Source: a virus
Taxonomy: Duplodnaviria > Caudoviricetes
Virus record (IMG/VR): IMGVR_UViG_2595698914_000001
Span: 1-64,000 of that record
Direction: 5' to 3' (one strand)
DNA length: 64,000 bases
Below, piece by piece: positions 1-8,992 of the stretch. Every line of letters begins with the position of its first letter. Position 1 is the stretch's first letter. Made by a program: the position numbers and the translations under genes. The notes under the pieces were generated by a model. That model was not told the DNA's origin. It saw only the letters and a list, made by a program, of their open reading frames with translations, and did not search any database.

Positions 1-1
1 T

Positions 2-769
2 TTTACTGGTAACAATAAACGTCTACGTGTATTAGGTAAGTTAAGTGCGGAAGACCGTTACAACGTTATGATTCTTAAAGAACCTAATGCTTACATGGAA
101 GGTGTATTTAAATATCAACGTGAAGTATGTAAGGGTCTTTATAGTACAGAGCAGATGGTAGCGTATCGACGTCGTGAACTATTTAGTCCGGGTACTAGTA
201 ACTATATCGACGATGGTAACTTTGATGTATTAGGTCATAGTATCCATGGGGATATCTTTACTTTGAATTGTCCACGTAAAGACTTGAGTTATGTATTTAA
301 TCCACCACGTTTGGCTTTTAAGATTAAGCGTGAGTTAGAACAGAATCAGACTAGACTACTTGCACACATCCACGGTAAAGCAGAATCATCTAATATGGCT
401 GTTACTGACTTAACTGATGTATTCTACTACGATGATGGTGGTAAGTTAAAACTAAATTCTGAATTCACTAGTAAAACTAAATTCTTTAAACTAGATAATG
501 TTAAATTACCTGAAACTGATAAAGTTATCAGCATTAAAGCACTAGTTAAGTATGACTTACCTGAGCGTAACTTCTTAAACAAACTAGTTAAAGATAATCC
601 TAAAGTAGAATTACTTACATGGATGATTGACCAGTATACGGTTAGTTACGCGTTTGTGATTACTACAGATGAAGGTTGGTTATTTTATCATGCACAATAT
701 GGTAGTCGTTTCTTACTACGTGGTGCATCAGCAGCGGCAAGGAAAGAATTAAATGCCCTTAAATCTTAA
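2..769 (+). CDS. 5'-truncated CDS; probable C-terminal part of a phiKZ gp155-like RNase H-domain protein
   Basis: Frame is open from the window edge (FTGNNKRLRVLGKLSAEDRYNVMILKEP...). The GK...V.LKEP and PPRLA pattern recalls phiKZ-like RNase H C-terminal regions. The catalytic domain is not in the window. Confidence 0.45.
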   Translation, partial: FTGNNKRLRVLGKLSAEDRYNVMILKEPNAYMEGVFKYQREVCKGLYSTEQMVAYRRRELFSPGTSNYIDDGNFDVLGHSIHGDIFTLNCPRKDLSYVFNPPRLAFKIKRELEQNQTRLLAHIHGKAESSNMAVTDLTDVFYYDDGGKLKLNSEFTSKTKFFKLDNVKLPETDKVISIKALVKYDLPERNFLNKLVKDNPKVELLTWMIDQYTVSYAFVITTDEGWLFYHAQYGSRFLLRGASAAARKELNALKS

Positions 770-1163
770 AACTCAAATAGATAACCATACCTGTACTACA
801 GCATGTATAGCTATGATATTAGATGTACCTATATTATCGTTACTTAAAACATTCCATGTTAAAAATCTAAAAGGTCAGATTACATCTTCTGACTTTCTTA
901 GAGAAAATGGAGTTAACGTTACCGAGTGTAATACATTAGAACGTGTAGTCGACGATGGTATATATGTCCTATGCGTTGCTAGCTTAAATGAATTGGGTGC
1001 ATTGCATAATATCATCTTAGAACAAATAGATGGTAAACGAACTATATACGATCCTATAAAGGGTACTAAAGGTAAACGGTACTATACGTTATCTAAGTTC
1101 GACGTGTCAGATGAAGCGTTTATGTTAACTCAGTACGCTATTGATTTTAAAGTAATTAAATAA
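753..1163 (+). CDS. peptidase C39-like (papain-fold) cysteine protease
   Basis: Q-x5-C motif (QIDNHTCTTACIAMIL), downstream H (ALHNII) and YDP. Confidence 0.65.
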   Translation: MPLNLKTQIDNHTCTTACIAMILDVPILSLLKTFHVKNLKGQITSSDFLRENGVNVTECNTLERVVDDGIYVLCVASLNELGALHNIILEQIDGKRTIYDPIKGTKGKRYYTLSKFDVSDEAFMLTQYAIDFKVIK

Positions 1164-1173
1164 GGAATAAAAA

Positions 1174-2127
1174 ATGCCTAAGGCAACAATTATATACGTA
1201 GAAGGTCCAAAAGGCGCAGGTAAAGACTTTGCTATAACAAACCTAGCCAGAGACTTAACTTTACGTGGGGTTAAGTTTAAAGTAGTTAGAGAACCGGGTG
1301 GCGATGATAGTAACTTAGAGTCTGCTCCTATGGCTCATGCAATCCGTGCGTTGATAAAATCAGATATAGTTAGAACGCGTGAGTGTGAAGCTTTACTATT
1401 TCAAGCAGCTAGAGTTGAGTTGTTCAAGAAAGAGATAGAGCCTCTTTTAGAAGAAGATATCTTAATCATTGTTAATCGTAGTATCTTTAGTACATTAGTT
1501 ACTCAACATGCTTTACATGGCGTTGACTTTGTACGTGAAGTACATTTAGCAACTGCGTCTGAGTATATAGCAGATAGTACTGTATGGTTAATGCCTCCTC
1601 TTGATGTTCTTAAGGAGCGACGTATACATCGTAATGATAACTTCGATATAGTTAATCCAGAAGATAACATTGATTCAGAATATAAGGCATACGCTTATAT
1701 CTATCAGTCGATGGCTACTATAGGTGAGCAGAACATCACTAAGCGTCATGCTCTAGTTCAATCTACAAAAGCACCAGAAGTTCTAGATGCTATCTTAAAA
1801 GAATTACATGAGGTTAATCCTAAGATATGGGGAAACAACGTAACTATAACAGATTGCGTTGATGGTAAGTTTGTAGTTAGGGATAAGTCGGTAGACTCCC
1901 TAACTATACTCTGCACCGACGTAGTAAATTTAAAGACCTTAGTTTGGGGAAGTTTAATAATACGTAATCCTACCAATATGCATTACTGGTTGGATGTAGA
2001 TAAGGATTTACCCGTTACTAAGTTTACAATAAAACCTACCGATATAAACCCTGACCTTAACCCAATGTTAAATAAGTTCAGAGTGCAGGACGAGATGTAT
2101 ACAATTCTAGAGTTTCCTAAACTCTAA
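1174..2127 (+). CDS. tmk: thymidylate kinase with C-terminal extension
   Basis: P-loop EGPKGAGK, REPGG, ALLFQAAR; NRS in place of the DR motif; RBS AAGGA. Confidence 0.85.
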   Translation: MPKATIIYVEGPKGAGKDFAITNLARDLTLRGVKFKVVREPGGDDSNLESAPMAHAIRALIKSDIVRTRECEALLFQAARVELFKKEIEPLLEEDILIIVNRSIFSTLVTQHALHGVDFVREVHLATASEYIADSTVWLMPPLDVLKERRIHRNDNFDIVNPEDNIDSEYKAYAYIYQSMATIGEQNITKRHALVQSTKAPEVLDAILKELHEVNPKIWGNNVTITDCVDGKFVVRDKSVDSLTILCTDVVNLKTLVWGSLIIRNPTNMHYWLDVDKDLPVTKFTIKPTDINPDLNPMLNKFRVQDEMYTILEFPKL

Positions 2128-2136
2128 TATATTATA

Positions 2137-2150
2137 TCTATATATTATAG
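2137..2150 (+). promoter_or_regulatory. putative early (virion RNAP) promoter TCTATATATTATAG
   Basis: Same motif recurs at 24184, 25994, 31599 and 57651 upstream of non-structural genes; resembles the phiKZ early TATATTAC element. Confidence 0.65.
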
Positions 2151-2193
2151 AAGTGTATAAGTATATTAATATAAACAAAATAAGGATTATCAC

Positions 2194-2691
2194 ATGTTTA
2201 ATATCGAACTAATTGTAACTCTAATAATATTAGCAACTCTTTCAATTCTGGGGAACAAAATGAAAAACGAATTAACTCAGACTATTACTCTGGGTAAACA
2301 CTCTATAGTAACTAAATTACTGACTGTAACTATAACAGTTCTATGGTCTCTATTGATTGCCTCGTATATAACAGACAATCCTGAATTAAGATTCAATATC
2401 AATGGATGGTATGCGATAATTATCATCTACAGTTTTATCTTGTTCAAGTTTACACACACACACTACGGACACCATCTATATTCTAAGGTTACTGGTTTAT
2501 CTGAAAGGTTTAATACTAATAGTCCTTGGATGAGAGTAGGTTCAATTGATGCAGGTATTAATAACACTACAGTTGGTCAGTACTTCGGTATTTCTAATTG
2601 TTCAGGTGAAGTTGAAATATATAGACACTTAACAAATAACACAGCGGTCTATGTAACTAACGTACAGGACATTATGTATGAAAAAGTTTAA
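2194..2691 (+). CDS. hypothetical membrane protein
   Basis: 2-3 hydrophobic segments; RBS AAGGA. Confidence 0.7.
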   Translation: MFNIELIVTLIILATLSILGNKMKNELTQTITLGKHSIVTKLLTVTITVLWSLLIASYITDNPELRFNINGWYAIIIIYSFILFKFTHTHYGHHLYSKVTGLSERFNTNSPWMRVGSIDAGINNTTVGQYFGISNCSGEVEIYRHLTNNTAVYVTNVQDIMYEKV

Positions 2692-2977
2692 CTTGTTACT
2701 AGCGGTAACTCTAATAGTATCATGGTCTCTTTTACTTATTAGTTGGTATATAGAAAATCAGGAATGGTGGTTTGGCTTTGACCGAATTAACGTAACCGTT
2801 ATTAGCTTTATCTTTATTAACTTCTATACATTACCGACTATGGTCTGGGAACATCGTGGTATTGAAGAAGAAAAGAAAAACTACGGGTATATATCCGATG
2901 ACATTTACCATATGCGTGAGATGTTAAAATATAAATCTCTAGCGGCAATTATAGCCGCATTTATAACTATACTTTAA
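2678..2977 (+). CDS. hypothetical membrane protein (N-terminus similar to the previous gene)
   Basis: LLLAVTLIVSWSLLLISWYIENQE resembles LLTVTITVLWSLLIASYITDNPE. Confidence 0.65.
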   Translation: MKKFNLLLAVTLIVSWSLLLISWYIENQEWWFGFDRINVTVISFIFINFYTLPTMVWEHRGIEEEKKNYGYISDDIYHMREMLKYKSLAAIIAAFITIL

Positions 2978-2992
2978 AGAAGGGTATTAAAA

Positions 2993-3886
2993 ATGAGTAC
3001 AACTAAGATTAAGAAGGCTATCTCTGATGAGATAGAACGTATAATCGGTGGGTGCGGGGATGACTTAGATGTCACCGAAGTACTTACCTTACCACTGTTA
3101 AGAATGATACCTCTAGCAGCAGTGGAAGGCTGGGAGGAACATTCTTATCCTTCAGGTAAAGAATTTGTTAGGTTAGCATGTTCTAACTTAAATGATGAAG
3201 CACTTAAGTCTATGCTGAATGAACTAAAAGCTATAGATAATGACGTTATAGCTAAGGCTCAAGAAGAAGAGAGAGACTATAAAGAAGTTAGAAATCAACG
3301 AAGAATGGAACGTGACAAGTTAGACGTAGAAAATGCTCTTCATGTCTCCAAGGCTAATCATAACATCGATAAAGCATTAGAACTATGGACTGGTTTACTT
3401 CTCGGTCGACTAGCTCGTTTCCGTAACGAATTCGCAGCTATACTACCTAACACATCTGATGAGATAATTGAATTTAAGATATGTTCAAATATTGACATCT
3501 GTCGTCGTGTTCTAAAAGTTAGCGATGAAGTACATCAGACACTTAACGATATCTATTCACTACTTACCAACGGTAGAGCTAAACTAGTAAAGACTGGTGA
3601 ATCTTTATTTGTAGATGTTGTTGACTGTGGTCTGTACTGGAATATTTTAGCTAAAGACGATATTACTTTACCGGCAAACGTAATTACAGTAATAGAGCTG
3701 GGTATTAGTCTAGCCTCTAGTACACCTTTAAATTTATTCCATATGTTAGGTACTAGCGATACTGATAACTTTTCTGTTGAATTAATATCTAGACGCGGTC
3801 TAGGTTCTTTATTAATTCATTCTTACTCGTTCACCGATATTAAGATAGAAAAAGGTACGTTAATTGCAGAAGTGCGCGGAATATAA
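2993..3886 (+). CDS. hypothetical protein with degenerate dUTPase-like C-terminal domain
   Basis: AKDDITLPANVITVIELGI, SRRGLG (motif 2-like) and IEKGTLIAEV (motif 4-like); motif 3 is absent. Confidence 0.55.
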   Translation: MSTTKIKKAISDEIERIIGGCGDDLDVTEVLTLPLLRMIPLAAVEGWEEHSYPSGKEFVRLACSNLNDEALKSMLNELKAIDNDVIAKAQEEERDYKEVRNQRRMERDKLDVENALHVSKANHNIDKALELWTGLLLGRLARFRNEFAAILPNTSDEIIEFKICSNIDICRRVLKVSDEVHQTLNDIYSLLTNGRAKLVKTGESLFVDVVDCGLYWNILAKDDITLPANVITVIELGISLASSTPLNLFHMLGTSDTDNFSVELISRRGLGSLLIHSYSFTDIKIEKGTLIAEVRGI

Positions 3887-3895
3887 TTCTAAACT

Positions 3896-3923
3896 TAGGT
3901 AGGGGTTTATACTCCTACCTACT
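3896..3923 (+). terminator. intergenic hairpin / intrinsic terminator
   Basis: TAGGTAGGGG...CTCCTACCTA. Confidence 0.5.
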
Positions 3924-3948
3924 AACCCATTTAAATAAGGTATATAAA

Positions 3949-4470
3949 ATGAAAACTCAAAAAGTAAAAGTTAAATTTAAAGAGCTACACTCAGGTCAGA
4001 AGGTATTTATTACAGATGGTACACACATCTACCCTATGACAGTACTACGTAAGTCTATGGATTCTACTGAGTATAAGTCGTTACATATTATAGGAACTGG
4101 TGAAATCAAGTTACCTTATTCTGATTCTAAGATTGAAACTCTACAGGGCGATAGAGCTATAGGCGTACTTAACAGCTTAGGTATAACTGTACCAGTATCG
4201 GATGAAGATAAGGTCTGCTTGGTATCTCATGTACAATACATTCCTGCGGTAGACTTTACAACACGCATTAGAAGAACAGAAGATAAAGTAAAGATTAAAC
4301 TACATCGCGATATCTTCAATCAGGAAAATACCAAACTACGTATATTCAAGAAAATGAAACATGCGGTTAATTTCTGTAAACTTAATCTAGTTGAAACTGA
4401 TATAGATGGTATGGACGATTTACTTCTTGGTTACTCAGATGACATATTAAGATTTACACCAGATATTTAA
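3949..4470 (+). CDS. hypothetical protein
   Basis: 173-aa ORF, RBS AAGG. Confidence 0.7.
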   Translation: MKTQKVKVKFKELHSGQKVFITDGTHIYPMTVLRKSMDSTEYKSLHIIGTGEIKLPYSDSKIETLQGDRAIGVLNSLGITVPVSDEDKVCLVSHVQYIPAVDFTTRIRRTEDKVKIKLHRDIFNQENTKLRIFKKMKHAVNFCKLNLVETDIDGMDDLLLGYSDDILRFTPDI

Positions 4471-4489
4471 ATCCTGATATGGATTATAT

Positions 4490-4518
4490 AAGGAGAGCTT
4501 AGGCTCTTCTTTTTTTTA
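4490..4518 (+). terminator. rho-independent terminator
   Basis: AAGGAGAGC-TTAG-GCTCTTCTT followed by a T-run. Confidence 0.75.
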
Positions 4519-4574
4519 CTTTAACATCCGTCTGACTAGGTATGTAACCGAATTAGCATGAAAAGGTATTCCTT

Positions 4575-7160
4575 ATGTCAGAGACTATCAGTGATAGTAC
4601 TAATGCTCTCAATCTATACATAGATTCGATTGAGCTTGAAAACTTCTTAGGATTTAGTAAACCTAGAATTAGAAACTTAAAGGCTTCATTTGATAAGAAG
4701 CTACAAATCCTAAACAGTACAAATGGTTGTGGTAAAACAACATTTATTAGCGAATTAAATATCTTCCCTATTGAAAAGAGTTTATTTGATGTAGGTGGGT
4801 ACAAGATTGTAAGATTTAGATTTAATGAAGTTAAGTACAAGTTTGTAAGTGACCATAAGCGTAATTATTTATATAACGAAGATACAGGCGAGAACTTAAA
4901 TGATGGTGGTACTATAACTCAGCAGTTAGCTATAGTTAAACAATTATTTGGTCTGACTCCTTTCTTATGGGATGCTGCAATGGGTAATATTACATTTACC
5001 GATTCGGATAAGAATGTACGTCGTACTTGGATTGAAACTATCAGCGGTATAGACTTCGATTATCCATTTCAAACTTACAAGAAAATTACCTCAGAGTTAA
5101 ACAGTTTAAAAGGTGCAGCTAAACATATAAACATTCAGCTCACTACAGAAGCTAGCAAATTACTTAGAGAAGAAGAAGTATTAGAATTAGTAAGTCATAA
5201 AGATAAGTATAGTAAGTTAGTTAAGGAACTTCTACTTAGCCGTGACACTTCTATAAGTAAAGAAGAAGCTAATCGTCTTATAAGTAACATACGTAACTTA
5301 GAACAAAAGTGTAAAGATACACAACTTAGCTACAATAGACTCTCACGCTTTATTAATCCTTTTAGCGATGTATCTAGCTTAGAATCATTACGTGACTACC
5401 ATGTAGCTGTTAAGAGCGAAATACAGTCTGTTACTGATAAAGTTGATAGTTTAGTTACTAGGCTAGAAGATAAAACTAGTCTATTACGTAAACTAGATAC
5501 AGGTAAAGGTATAGATATAACTAAAGTAGATAAGGAGATAAGCTACTTTACTGATATTCAAAATGATGCTAGACGTTATATAGCTCAAGCTTCTAATAAA
5601 GATTTAATTAAATACTTAACTAGTTCTGAATTAGCTCTTAGTTTATCAGCATCTATTGGTATGTTACCACGACAGTTATCTAATCATCTTATATCGGATA
5701 AAGACTACAACACAGATTCTCTTGTTCTACCTTACGACTCAGAGAAGTATAAAGCTCTCTCAGTAACTCTTAAGGAGAAGATGGACTTACAGATGCGTTT
5801 AGAGTATCAGTCCACTCAGATGAATAGGGAGCTTTCTGAACTTGATGATAAGCATATAGTAGAATGTCCTGAATGTTCTACTTCATTCTCTCCTAATAAA
5901 GTAAGTTGTGATACTCTAGTCAGTAAGATAGATTCTATCACCAAACAACTTAATAAGTTAGAAGAAGAAATAAAACATTTAACGTACGATATTGAATCAT
6001 ACGACTCAGTAATAGCTAGACGTAAGTATGTTGAAGATTATATTAACGCAGAACTTAATGAAGACTGTATTTGGTATAGGTCTTTTATACATAACTACGT
6101 TAACGAAATAGCAGATATAAACGAAATAACTAAACAGTTAGATAAAGATGGTCGTACTGCTTATCAATTAGAAGTTGGTCTAACTAGTAAAGAAGAACTA
6201 GCTAAACTTAATGCCTTAAAGAAAGAACATGATATTGTTAAGGGGTTTGGTGATGTTGGTGAGTTAGATAAAGAAGTTAAAGCTTTAGAAGAAGAGATTG
6301 CGTCTCTTAGGGGAATACGTAAAGAAAAAGAAGACTTACTTATTACCATTACTGATACTGGTTCTTTATATAAGAAACATGTTAGTTTATTAACGGAGCT
6401 GAAAGACAACCTAACGTCTCTTGGTGAACTTAGGGAACGTCATATCAAAGTAATGTCTAATGTAGCTCTAGAAGCTATTGAGGGCGATTTACAAGTACAG
6501 TTAGCTAATGTAACTAAGAAAGTTAATGATAATGAGATTCTTGTTAATCTTATAAGTAGTTTACAGGGGATGTTGGATAATACTAAAGAACGTATTGAAC
6601 GTTTTAAAGTATTAGAAATGGCGTTTAGTCCATCTACTGGTTTAATTGCAGAACAGTTGATTGGCTACGTTGATGCCTTTGCTAAACAATTAAGTCTAGT
6701 TATAGCTAAGTTATGGGGTTATCCACTAACTATCCTACCTTGTTCTATTGAAGGTAAGAAAGGAATGGACTATAAGTTCCCTTTCACGGTTGGTGGTAAA
6801 CCTATACCTGATGTATCTAAAGGTAGTAAGTCTCAAGTATCAGTTATTAATTTAGCTGTTATGTTATGTACTAGAATTAGTTTAGGTTTAAATGGTTTAC
6901 CTTTATTCCTAGATGAAGTAGGTGGTGGTTTTGATACAGTACACAATCAAAAACTAGCTAGCTTTATAAGAGAACTATTAGCTAACTATGGATGTAGTAA
7001 TGTATTCTTAGTTCATCATGATGCGGCTGTACGTAACTCACTTGGTCCAAGGGATACTATTGTATTCGATGCTACACAGGTAATAGTCGAACCTAATTAT
7101 AATGCTCATGTTAAATTAACATATTTTAAGGAGAAGAAAATTGAAGATATTGTACATTGA
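4575..7160 (+). CDS. sbcC: SbcC/Rad50-like SMC ATPase (phiKZ gp165-like)
   Basis: Walker A STNGCGKT, central coiled coil with CPEC zinc hook, signature GSKSQ, Walker B LFLDE, H-loop VHH. Confidence 0.9.
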   Translation: MSETISDSTNALNLYIDSIELENFLGFSKPRIRNLKASFDKKLQILNSTNGCGKTTFISELNIFPIEKSLFDVGGYKIVRFRFNEVKYKFVSDHKRNYLYNEDTGENLNDGGTITQQLAIVKQLFGLTPFLWDAAMGNITFTDSDKNVRRTWIETISGIDFDYPFQTYKKITSELNSLKGAAKHINIQLTTEASKLLREEEVLELVSHKDKYSKLVKELLLSRDTSISKEEANRLISNIRNLEQKCKDTQLSYNRLSRFINPFSDVSSLESLRDYHVAVKSEIQSVTDKVDSLVTRLEDKTSLLRKLDTGKGIDITKVDKEISYFTDIQNDARRYIAQASNKDLIKYLTSSELALSLSASIGMLPRQLSNHLISDKDYNTDSLVLPYDSEKYKALSVTLKEKMDLQMRLEYQSTQMNRELSELDDKHIVECPECSTSFSPNKVSCDTLVSKIDSITKQLNKLEEEIKHLTYDIESYDSVIARRKYVEDYINAELNEDCIWYRSFIHNYVNEIADINEITKQLDKDGRTAYQLEVGLTSKEELAKLNALKKEHDIVKGFGDVGELDKEVKALEEEIASLRGIRKEKEDLLITITDTGSLYKKHVSLLTELKDNLTSLGELRERHIKVMSNVALEAIEGDLQVQLANVTKKVNDNEILVNLISSLQGMLDNTKERIERFKVLEMAFSPSTGLIAEQLIGYVDAFAKQLSLVIAKLWGYPLTILPCSIEGKKGMDYKFPFTVGGKPIPDVSKGSKSQVSVINLAVMLCTRISLGLNGLPLFLDEVGGGFDTVHNQKLASFIRELLANYGCSNVFLVHHDAAVRNSLGPRDTIVFDATQVIVEPNYNAHVKLTYFKEKKIEDIVH

Positions 7161-7515
7161 TTTAAGTTGGTTAGCTAAAACTACAACAGATGACTATGCC
7201 AAATTAACTAAGTCTCTTTGTACCACTTATAAGCATCACGCTAAAGTAGTATACGGTGATGTTAAACGTTCTAGTTGTCGTGAGGAGATATTATCTGACT
7301 TACGTTATAGTTACAACGTTACTATTCAACATATACCTATGGGACCTAAGTATGAAGCAGGTGCTAACTCTATTATTGCGGTTGGTCTAACTAACAGTAT
7401 TAATAGTGGTCAGATTAGTAAAGAGCTAGTTATCTTATCTACTGACCCAACATGGAATATGTTAAGAACTATCTGTTTAGAAAAAGACGTTGCTATAAAA
7501 TTGATAGATCGATAA
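7141..7515 (+). CDS. NYN/LabA-like (PIN-fold) protein, degenerate
   Basis: TTG start with AAGGAG RBS; ILYID...VYGD...LVILSTD pattern of NYN domains. Confidence 0.5.
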   Translation: MKILYIDLSWLAKTTTDDYAKLTKSLCTTYKHHAKVVYGDVKRSSCREEILSDLRYSYNVTIQHIPMGPKYEAGANSIIAVGLTNSINSGQISKELVILSTDPTWNMLRTICLEKDVAIKLIDR

Positions 7516-7645
7516 GTTATATATTTACACTCCTATATTATAGGAGTGTAATACTTACGTATTATATAAAATAACACATCTTGTAACTTAACTATGTTAG
7601 AGTATTCTAACAGGACGACCTACACCCCATATTAAGGAGTAGCGA

Positions 7646-7684
7646 ATGAAACAAGACATCAGGCTAGAAACGTCTGAGCAATAA
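7646..7684 (+). CDS. 12-aa leader uORF (MKQDIRLETSEQ)
   Basis: Strong RBS TAAGGAG, ATG, double TAA stop; lies inside a structured leader. Confidence 0.4.
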   Translation: MKQDIRLETSEQ

Positions 7685-7760
7685 TAATTACTAGGCTCAT
7701 AAAGTAGTGAAGGATTCGATTCTAGCCTCAACGGTATATAAACCCACTGAGGTAGAAATA

Positions 7761-8246
7761 ATGAAGACATTCCAATATTGGTTTCAAGGCATGGTAACTG
7801 TAAAGTTAGATGCTGGTAATAGGTTGATGGAAATAACCCAAGAAATCCATAACAACTTAATAACAATCAAAGGTGACAAGGTAGAATTGTACACTAATGG
7901 TTCAACTACGCAGTACCCCAATAGTCTGGAAGGACTAAGGGATGTATATATGCAATGCGGTTTATTAGTGGAGTTTATAAACTCTCCATTATGTATCCGA
8001 ATAAAGGCAATAGACAGTACCTATAAGAAAGAACTCATATACGATAAAACTAATCATAACTTTATTTCGATACTTGAATGTGAAGATATTAAGGTTATGT
8101 TATCTACGGGTGAAACTGGATGGAGCTGTACTACCATAATAGATAACGATGTAAAGACTGTTAGAGGTAACTCATTAGAGATGCACAGTTGTCTCTATGA
8201 ATACGCTAGTAATTTACAAAAAGCATTCCCTGCTATGCAGTGGTAA
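7761..8246 (+). CDS. hypothetical protein (start reassigned to ATG 7761)
   Basis: GAGGT RBS before ATG 7761. Confidence 0.7.
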   Translation: MKTFQYWFQGMVTVKLDAGNRLMEITQEIHNNLITIKGDKVELYTNGSTTQYPNSLEGLRDVYMQCGLLVEFINSPLCIRIKAIDSTYKKELIYDKTNHNFISILECEDIKVMLSTGETGWSCTTIIDNDVKTVRGNSLEMHSCLYEYASNLQKAFPAMQW

Positions 8247-8257
8247 TAACTTAAACC

Positions 8258-8291
8258 TATAACCTACTGGGGTAATTCCTAGTAGGTTATT
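8258..8291 (+). terminator. hairpin terminator
   Basis: ATAACCTACTGGGG-TAA-TTCCTAGTAGGTTAT. Confidence 0.6.
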
Positions 8292-8320
8292 TAACCTATA
8301 ACTTTAAAAGGAAAATATAA

Positions 8321-8677
8321 ATGTCTCCTAATATAACATGTACATCATGCAAAGAAGATTACAGTAAGCATGAGGAACACTCAGAGTACCCTAGAGACGA
8401 CTTAAATCTCTCAGAGGTAGAATGTGTTAAGTGTAACAATAAAACCTTACAGTGGAGCGTACAGGAACATGATTTCGTATATCAAGTATGGTTTGACTTT
8501 GCACATCAGTGTTGGAGAACTAAAGACGGTAATTATGTAGATGAAACTCAATCTGAATGTGATGACTGGTCTCATGTATGCGATATATGTTTCGGTCCCG
8601 CTAAAATAACTTCTATTGATGCCTATGGGGAAAACCATAAGTGTCTTAACTGCTCACACACCTTTCGTGTATCATAA
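8321..8677 (+). CDS. Cys-rich zinc-ribbon protein
   Basis: Four CxxC pairs (CTSC, CVKC, CDIC, CLNC). Confidence 0.7.
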   Translation: MSPNITCTSCKEDYSKHEEHSEYPRDDLNLSEVECVKCNNKTLQWSVQEHDFVYQVWFDFAHQCWRTKDGNYVDETQSECDDWSHVCDICFGPAKITSIDAYGENHKCLNCSHTFRVS

Positions 8678-8691
8678 AGGAAACTTAAAAG

Positions 8692-8922
8692 ATGTCTAGA
8701 CTAATAAGTACAGAAGAGTACAACTCACTACTAAATATAACTCAAGCAGTAGAACCTGATGAAGTTAATAATTTAGAAATAGCGCCAGATGAATACGTAC
8801 AGGTTTTAAATCATTACGGTGAACGTCCAGAAGACCTGTATGTTGTTAATGACAACTTATCACTAATACAGCTTATCCCATCCAATCTAGTTGACGATGG
8901 TATAGTAGAATCTGAATTCTAA
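8692..8922 (+). CDS. small acidic hypothetical protein
   Basis: 76-aa ORF, RBS AAGGA. Confidence 0.6.
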   Translation: MSRLISTEEYNSLLNITQAVEPDEVNNLEIAPDEYVQVLNHYGERPEDLYVVNDNLSLIQLIPSNLVDDGIVESEF

Positions 8923-8934
8923 CTTTTACGGGTT

Positions 8935-8967
8935 AAAAAGAGTAGCCTTCGGGCTACTCTTTTTTTT
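8935..8967. terminator. bidirectional terminator
   Basis: A-run, GAGTAGCC-TTCG-GGCTACTC, T-run between convergent genes. Confidence 0.85.
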
Positions 8968-8992
8968 GATCCATTTAGCTAACTAAAGATTA

